A stretch of DNA of 64,000 bases from Candidatus Spongiisociaceae bacterium (GTDB lineage Bacteria > Actinomycetota > Acidimicrobiia > Spongiisociales > Spongiisociaceae): positions 1,504,001 through 1,568,000 of the forward strand of contig OZ241841.1 in assembly GCA_965202665.1 (NCBI GenBank), in the 5' to 3' direction. The notes beneath the pieces are model-generated. The model searched no databases, was not told the DNA's origin, and saw only the letters and a program-made list of their open reading frames with translations. The first letter of the stretch is position 1, and the number at the start of each line of letters is the position of its first letter. Below, in pieces: positions 58,523 to 64,000 of this stretch. Made by a program: the position numbers and the translations under genes.

Positions 58523-59524
58523 TCAGGTGTGGATTTCTATTCGGTCGCCGTCGGACAGGGCGAAGCCCCGGCCGATGCGGCGGTGGGGCGTTCCGTCCCG
58601 GATGAGGCGGGCGAACTTCAGGTCGCGGGCCAAGTCTTTGTGGATCATCGCCGCCACCTCCCCCACCGTCTGGCCGCGGCGGATGGTGTAAGGGCGGTCG
58701 TCGCGTTTTTTGGCCGCCGACTCGGTGTAAACCCGCACCACCCCCAGTTCTTTGAACAGCCAGGGCCCGATATGTCCGATGCGGCCCTCCTCCACCGACG
58801 CCGACAGTTTGGGGAGGCGCAACCCCACCAGTTCCTCCAAAGCCTCCAACTCTTCCTCCCAATCCGTTGCTTGGGAGCGGGCGGCCAGCCAGGCGGCGGG
58901 CAGCAGTTTGGCGAACGGGTCGTCCGGGTCGGACGGCCCCTCCGCCCCCCGCGGCCATTCGCCGACTAGGCGCACCTTCCGCTCCTCCAGCCCTTCCAGC
59001 AACTCCGCCACCCCGGCCGCGCATCCCGGATGGGACAGGTCCACCACCAACAGCCCCCCGTCCGCCGGGCCGAGGGCGTTGCCGATCCAGGGGATGGGGC
59101 GCTGGCGGGCGATGGGCGGCAGATCCACCAGCTGGATTCCCACATCTTCCACCGGGGCCATACCCGGTTGCGGGATCTGGGTGGTGAACGGATAAGGACC
59201 GACCGCCGCTCCGGAACCGGTGAGGGCGTGATGGAGGGCCGATTTGCCGCTGTTGGGCGGCCCCAGCAACGCCACCTGCCCCGCACCTTCCGGGCGGATG
59301 GTAAGGGCCGGCCCCCCCCGGGCGCCCCCTTTGCGGGGCCCGGTCAGCTCTTCGGTCAGTTCCTTGATTTTGGTTTTGATGCCGGCCTGCAAATGTTCGG
59401 TTCCCTTGTGCTTGGGAATGGCGCGCAGCATCTCTTTCAGGCAGGCCAGGCGATCCCGCGGTTCCCGGGCCGCCTTGTATTCGGCTTCCGCCCGCTTGTA
59501 TTCGGGAGAAACGTTGGTGGGCAT
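58523..59524 (-). CDS. DRG/OBG-family GTPase with TGS domain
   Basis: [28 protein letters not shown] and C-terminal TGS ([12 protein letters not shown]). Confidence 0.88.
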   Translation of the reverse strand: MPTNVSPEYKRAEAEYKAAREPRDRLACLKEMLRAIPKHKGTEHLQAGIKTKIKELTEELTGPRKGGARGGPALTIRPEGAGQVALLGPPNSGKSALHHALTGSGAAVGPYPFTTQIPQPGMAPVEDVGIQLVDLPPIARQRPIPWIGNALGPADGGLLVVDLSHPGCAAGVAELLEGLEERKVRLVGEWPRGAEGPSDPDDPFAKLLPAAWLAARSQATDWEEELEALEELVGLRLPKLSASVEEGRIGHIGPWLFKELGVVRVYTESAAKKRDDRPYTIRRGQTVGEVAAMIHKDLARDLKFARLIRDGTPHRRIGRGFALSDGDRIEIHT

Positions 59525-59645
59525 GCCCATAAAATACCGCCCGCGGCGCACATCCGCCCGCCGCCACCGCCGCTTGTCCCGAAAAATCCGAAAAATCCGA
59601 AACAAGGGTCTGGAAAAACCGGTCCGGATGGGGCATATTGGAGAT

Positions 59646-61385
59646 ATGGGCGCGTTGTTCATCGACATCGACGGAATGCGAAACCTGGCTGCCGAACTGC
59701 GGGGGGCCGCGGCGCGGCTCGAGTACCTGCAACGGGAAGGGGTGGGGCAACTGGCCAAGGCCGGGGATTTGCACACCGGCCCTTTCGCGGCCCACATCGG
59801 GGAGGGAAGCGACCTGTTGCGGGCGGCGGCCGCCGACTTGGCGGTTCGGGCGGACGGTTTTGCGGAGGCGGAACGGGCCCTGTCCGGTTCCGAACCGTAC
59901 CGTCTCGCTTTGCTGGGTGAATACTGCGCCGTCCCCCCCTCGGGGGAAATCCTATCGGTTGCGGAACGGTTGGAGAAGTTGCTGGCCGAAGGCGGCTTTT
60001 GGTCGTTCATCGGCCGGGGCGACCGGGTGTCGGCGGCGGAGGCGGCGGAGGCGGTTGAAATTTTGCTGACCCTGCCCGCCCATCAGCGGCAGGCGGTGTT
60101 GGAATACATCGACGGGGAGACGCTGGCCGGCTGGCTGGACCGTCTCGCCCGGTCCGCTCCTCCGTCCGACCTGGCCCGTTTGCTGGACCGGCTGGCCGAA
60201 ACCCTGCCCCTGCCGGTCCTGTCCCGGTTGTTGCGGGCCGCCCCGGAGGAGATGGCCGGCCTGCTGTTGGCCGGGGTGGCCGGGGCGGCGCCCGCCCGGG
60301 CTTTGGCGGTTTTTCAGCATTGGGCGGCTGACGATGGTGAAGAAGGCTGGGGTCCCCGGATGGCGGCCGGGCTGGCAGGGCGGATGGGCTTCTACGGCCC
60401 CCCCGCCTTGCGCTGGTTGGCGGACACCGGCCGGTTCGACCGGTTCGTGGCCGCTTTGCTCAGGACGGAGAAGGAGACCGTAACCATAGGGGACATGCAG
60501 CCGATGACTCAGATTTACCGCGACCATTTCACCCCGGCGATGCGGTCCTTGGCCTACTCCATAGGTGAAATGAGGGATCCCGACCTGGCCGCCCGCTTTT
60601 TTTCGGTCGCTATGAAAACTTTGGAGGTCCCGCTGTGGCAAGCGGCCGCAGTGGACAACAACTTCGGCATGTACATGGAAATTAATGATTTCGACGACCG
60701 CCCCGCCCTGATGGAATCTTTGGCGGCCATGCTCCTGTCCGCTCCAGCGGACATTTTCGAATCGTTGCGACTGCAACATGACATTTACGGGGAATCCACC
60801 GGTATTTTCTTTCGGGAGGCTCATCGCCCCACCGACCGAAAAGGCCGGGCCGCGGACGGAAGTTTCTCGGAATGGGGGGCGGGATTCGCCAATCGGATCC
60901 TAAGGGCCGCGCTCGGCCCCGGCCTGGACCCGCAGTCGCGGGCGGAGCATTTTCAGGCCCGCGCCCGCACCGCCGGCGGCTCCTACGACTACGTCAACGC
61001 GGCCCGGCTCGGTTTCATCGTCGGCTCCGTTTCCCGCGGATTGGATGACCTGCAGGTGAACGTTTCCAACCAGTGGCAGGCGGTGGAGATCATCCTGGGC
61101 GCGGCCAAAGTGGCGGACCCCACCGCCATTGCCTCCCTGGTCGCTTTGGGGGCGGCGGCGGCCGAGCCGGCGGTGGCCATGATCCAAGCCGAACAGCTGG
61201 CGAAAATGCAAGCCGAGCAGCAGAGTTACGAGCGGGCTTTGGTGGAGAGCGTCCTGCCCCGGGAAAACGGCCGCATCTACGACGGGGACGCGGCCGACGA
61301 GTTTTTCAACACCTACAACCGAGTGGGGGGAGACGTTTTGCCGTCCGGGTCGCCGAATCCCGACCTGGCGTGGGAAGAGGACTAG
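59646..61385 (+). CDS. Hypothetical protein with a WXG100-like helical N-terminus
   Basis: 579-aa ORF; N-terminus [20 protein letters not shown]. The family call is inference. Confidence 0.65.
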   Translation: MGALFIDIDGMRNLAAELRGAAARLEYLQREGVGQLAKAGDLHTGPFAAHIGEGSDLLRAAAADLAVRADGFAEAERALSGSEPYRLALLGEYCAVPPSGEILSVAERLEKLLAEGGFWSFIGRGDRVSAAEAAEAVEILLTLPAHQRQAVLEYIDGETLAGWLDRLARSAPPSDLARLLDRLAETLPLPVLSRLLRAAPEEMAGLLLAGVAGAAPARALAVFQHWAADDGEEGWGPRMAAGLAGRMGFYGPPALRWLADTGRFDRFVAALLRTEKETVTIGDMQPMTQIYRDHFTPAMRSLAYSIGEMRDPDLAARFFSVAMKTLEVPLWQAAAVDNNFGMYMEINDFDDRPALMESLAAMLLSAPADIFESLRLQHDIYGESTGIFFREAHRPTDRKGRAADGSFSEWGAGFANRILRAALGPGLDPQSRAEHFQARARTAGGSYDYVNAARLGFIVGSVSRGLDDLQVNVSNQWQAVEIILGAAKVADPTAIASLVALGAAAAEPAVAMIQAEQLAKMQAEQQSYERALVESVLPRENGRIYDGDAADEFFNTYNRVGGDVLPSGSPNPDLAWEED

Positions 61386-61945
61386 CTGAAGTCCTGATGC
61401 ACCCGGGAGGGGGTGGGCCCCCGCTGGTCCTGATATTTGGAACCGGCCGCCCCCGACCCGTAGGGAAAGTCGGCCGGGCTGGTCATCTGGTAGAAACTGA
61501 CCTGGCCGATTTTCATCTCCGGGTAGATGGCTATGGGCAGGTTGGACACGTTGGCCAACTCCAAGGTCAGGTATCCGTTCCAGCCGGGGTCCACGAACCC
61601 GGCCGTGGAATGAATGAGCAACCCCAGCCGCCCCAGGCTGGATTTTCCTTCCAGGCGGGCCACCACGTCTTCGGCCAGCCGCACCCGCTCAAAAGTGGAG
61701 CCCAGCACGAATTCGCCCGGATGCAACACGAACTTTCCGTCCGGATCCACCTTTTTTTCCACGGTCAGGTCGGGCTGATGCTGCTTGGGGTCGATGAGCG
61801 GATACAGGTGATTTTGGAAAACCCGGAACACCCGGTCCACCCGCAGGTCCACCGAGGAGGGTTGCACGAATTCGGGTACGTAGGGATCGATTTCGATGCG
61901 GCCGTCGACGACGGCCTGTTTGATGTCCCGGTCTGAAAAAATCAT
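61382..61945 (-). CDS. dcd: dCTP deaminase
   Basis: [33 protein letters not shown] and SKYQ. Confidence 0.96.
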   Translation of the reverse strand: MIFSDRDIKQAVVDGRIEIDPYVPEFVQPSSVDLRVDRVFRVFQNHLYPLIDPKQHQPDLTVEKKVDPDGKFVLHPGEFVLGSTFERVRLAEDVVARLEGKSSLGRLGLLIHSTAGFVDPGWNGYLTLELANVSNLPIAIYPEMKIGQVSFYQMTSPADFPYGSGAAGSKYQDQRGPTPSRVHQDFS

Positions 61946-61998
61946 TGCCCCCTCCGGCTGGCTGCGCGTGCGCGGCGGGGGGGCCGCGCCGTTCCGGG

Positions 61999-62069
61999 AG
62001 CGGGTGAGGAGAATCGAACTCCCGTTCTCAGCTTGGGAAGCTGATGTTCTGCCACTGAACTACACCCGC
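61999..62069 (-). tRNA. tRNA-Gly (CCC)
   Basis: Minus strand GCGGGTGTAGTTCAGTGGCAGAAC-ATCAGC-TTCCCAA-GCTGA...GTTCGATTC. Confidence 0.96.
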
Positions 62070-62159
62070 AGGTTTGTCCTGATAATAGCGACTTGCCGAT
62101 GATAGCCGTCGCCGCGGCGGCGCGGTCCGGGCGGGCCGCCCCTCGTCGGGGAGAACGGG

Positions 62160-62375
62160 TCAGGTGAGGAGCCCGGCCGCCGCCCATATGCTGATCACCG
62201 CCCCGGTCGCCAACAGAAACCAGGCCCGCCCCGGACGGTAGCGGCCCTGCCGCCCGGCGGGGGGGCGCCCCCGGGCGTTGCGCCATATGGCCAGGCCGTT
62301 GCCGATGACCATGGCCAGCCCCAGGGCCAGCATCATTTGCGCCAGCAACGCGTCCAATCCGAGAATGTCCGCCAC
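62160..62375 (-). CDS. Small two-TM membrane protein
   Basis: 71 aa with two hydrophobic helices. Confidence 0.6.
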   Translation of the reverse strand: MADILGLDALLAQMMLALGLAMVIGNGLAIWRNARGRPPAGRQGRYRPGRAWFLLATGAVISIWAAAGLLT

Positions 62376-62432
62376 GGGCGCAACCTTACCGGATGGCCGG
62401 TCAAGCCCCTCCCGGCGGTTACACTCTGCCCT

Positions 62433-63338
62433 ATGGCAACCCAAGGTTCCCGGCTTGCGGTGTTGGCCGCCCTGTTCGCCAACTCCATCATCGCCGTAGC
62501 CAAATTCGCGGCGGCCGCCGTCACCGGTTCGGCGGCCATGGCCGCCGAGGGTATCCATTCGGTGGCCGACTCCGGCAACCAGGGGATGTTGCTGTGGGGG
62601 ATGACCGCCTCCCGGCGGCGGGGGGGCGATCGCCACCCGTTCGGGAGGGGCAAAGAGGTTTACTTCTGGAGTTTCATGGTGGCGGTGATGCTGTTCGCCG
62701 GGGGGGCGGTGTTCTCCGTTTACCGGGGGGTCAACTCCCTGCTCAACCCGCACCAGTTGGAGAACATCACCGTGTCGGTGTTGGTCTTAGCCGGTTCCAT
62801 AGTGGTGGAGTCGATACCGTTCACGGTGGCCATCCGGGAGTTCAACCGGGCGCGGGGCACCCGTTCGGTGTGGCGCGCCATCCGGGAGACCAAAGACGCC
62901 GCCCTGCTGGTGGTGCTGCTGGAGGATTTGGCGGCGATGACCGGCCTGTTGGCGGCCCTGGCCGGCGTGACGTTGGCCGCGGTCACCGGCGACCCGGTTT
63001 GGGATGCGGCCGCTTCCATCACCATCGGGGTTCTGCTGGCGGTGGTGGCCCTGTTGCTGGCGGTGGAAACCAAGGCCCTGCTGGTGGGGGAGGCGGCGGA
63101 CCGCCGGGACCGGGCCGAGATGAGGGCCGCTTTGCTGTCCCATCCCAACGTGCTGGCGGTGGAGCGGTTGCTGACTATGCATTTGGGGCCGGAGGACATT
63201 CTGGTAAACGCCGACGTGCTGCTGGCGGACGGCCTGACCGGGGAGCAGGCCGCCCAAACCGTGTTGGATGTGGAACGGGCCATCCGCGACGCCAATCCGG
63301 CCGCCCGCAACATTTTCGTGGAGACGGTGCGCGGCTGA
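62433..63338 (+). CDS. Cation diffusion facilitator family transporter
   Basis: HSVADSGNQ, HPFGRGKE.YFW, LEDLAA and TMHLGP. Confidence 0.92.
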   Translation: MATQGSRLAVLAALFANSIIAVAKFAAAAVTGSAAMAAEGIHSVADSGNQGMLLWGMTASRRRGGDRHPFGRGKEVYFWSFMVAVMLFAGGAVFSVYRGVNSLLNPHQLENITVSVLVLAGSIVVESIPFTVAIREFNRARGTRSVWRAIRETKDAALLVVLLEDLAAMTGLLAALAGVTLAAVTGDPVWDAAASITIGVLLAVVALLLAVETKALLVGEAADRRDRAEMRAALLSHPNVLAVERLLTMHLGPEDILVNADVLLADGLTGEQAAQTVLDVERAIRDANPAARNIFVETVRG

Positions 63339-63344
63339 AAGGCG

Positions 63345-64000
63345 ATGTTCACCGCTTCCGTTCCAGCATCCTCCGCCAACCTGGGACCGGGGTTCGACAC
63401 TTTGGCTTTGGCTTTGGATCTGCGTTGCCGGGTGCGGGCCGAGGCGGCCGGGAAATGGTCCATCGCCCACATGGGCCCGGAACGGTACGAGGGGGACCCC
63501 GGGGGCGATGCGGTGCTGGCCGCCGCCCGCCGGGTTTGCGAACGGCCTTTGCGGTTGGAAGTGTCCAACCAAATTCCGCTGTGCAGCGGGCTGGGTTCCA
63601 GCGCCGCCGCCTACGCGGCCGGGGCCTTGGCCGGCCTGCGGGCGGCGGGGGAGGATCCCGATCACGACCGGCTGTTCTCCTACGTGAAAGAAATGGAAGG
63701 CCATCCCGACAACGCGGCGGCGGCGGTGTACGGGGGGTTGGTGGCGGCGGTGGCCGGGTCGGTGGTGCGTCTCGCCCTGTCCCCGAAGCTGGTACCGGTG
63801 CTGGCCTCCCCCGGTTTTGAACTCCCCACCGATCGCGCCCGTTCCGTCATACCCGCCGCGGTGGAAGTGGAGGCGGTGGTGCGCACCGTGGGCCGGGTGG
63901 CCGCCCTGGTGGAAGGGTTGCGCACCGGTTCGGCCCGGCTTTTGGACTTGGCCCGGGGGGACGAGTTGCACGAGGGGCCGCGGGCGGCCCTCAACCCGGG
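63345..64000 (+). CDS. thrB: Homoserine kinase (3' end runs off the window)
   Basis: Not in the ORF track. VPASSANLGPGFD, IPLCSGLGSSAAA and EGHPDNAAAA. Confidence 0.93.
   Translation, partial: MFTASVPASSANLGPGFDTLALALDLRCRVRAEAAGKWSIAHMGPERYEGDPGGDAVLAAARRVCERPLRLEVSNQIPLCSGLGSSAAAYAAGALAGLRAAGEDPDHDRLFSYVKEMEGHPDNAAAAVYGGLVAAVAGSVVRLALSPKLVPVLASPGFELPTDRARSVIPAAVEVEAVVRTVGRVAALVEGLRTGSARLLDLARGDELHEGPRAALNP

Noticed and set aside
42-63994. Many long Gly/Arg/Pro-rich overlapping ORFs (e.g. 42-905, 4020-5708, 7192-8940, 30461-31894)
   Set aside because: Shadow and antisense frames typical of high-GC DNA, overlapping well-supported genes.

Overview
This is a high-GC actinobacterial chromosomal segment. 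WhiB, ask-asd, several apparently leaderless promoters and a split GcvPA/PB suggest an Acidimicrobiia-like organism (inference). Most genes are housekeeping: PPi-type pfk, thiolase, mce, murJ, ask-asd, metX-metY, aroF-tyrA-argR-argG-argH, pepP, dnaX, recR, dcd, thrB, tRNA-Pro(CGG) and tRNA-Gly(CCC). Accessory islets and an amino-acid catabolic cluster are interspersed; the cluster has divergent GcvPA/PB, an Fe-S/FAD oxidoreductase, a DHDPS-family lyase, an aminotransferase, a racemase, an SDR and a peptide ABC transporter. The best novel candidate is at 34.1-35.5 kb. There an intact NYN/PIN (LabA/DUF88) RNase gene follows a near-consensus sigma70 promoter, a multi-hairpin non-coding RNA with repeated units and an intrinsic terminator. 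A second stand-alone copy of the RNA has its own promoter and a compensatory base-pair change. The layout resembles type III (RNA-antitoxin) toxin-antitoxin systems but uses a different nuclease family. Also notable are a UGA-recoded GrdB/PrdB-family selenoprotein with a SECIS-like hairpin, PafBC-like promoters shared by recR and two DNA methyltransferases, a DUF433 antitoxin split by an insertion, and tandem low-GC lipoprotein paralogs. All calls are from reading the sequence; no database searches were run.
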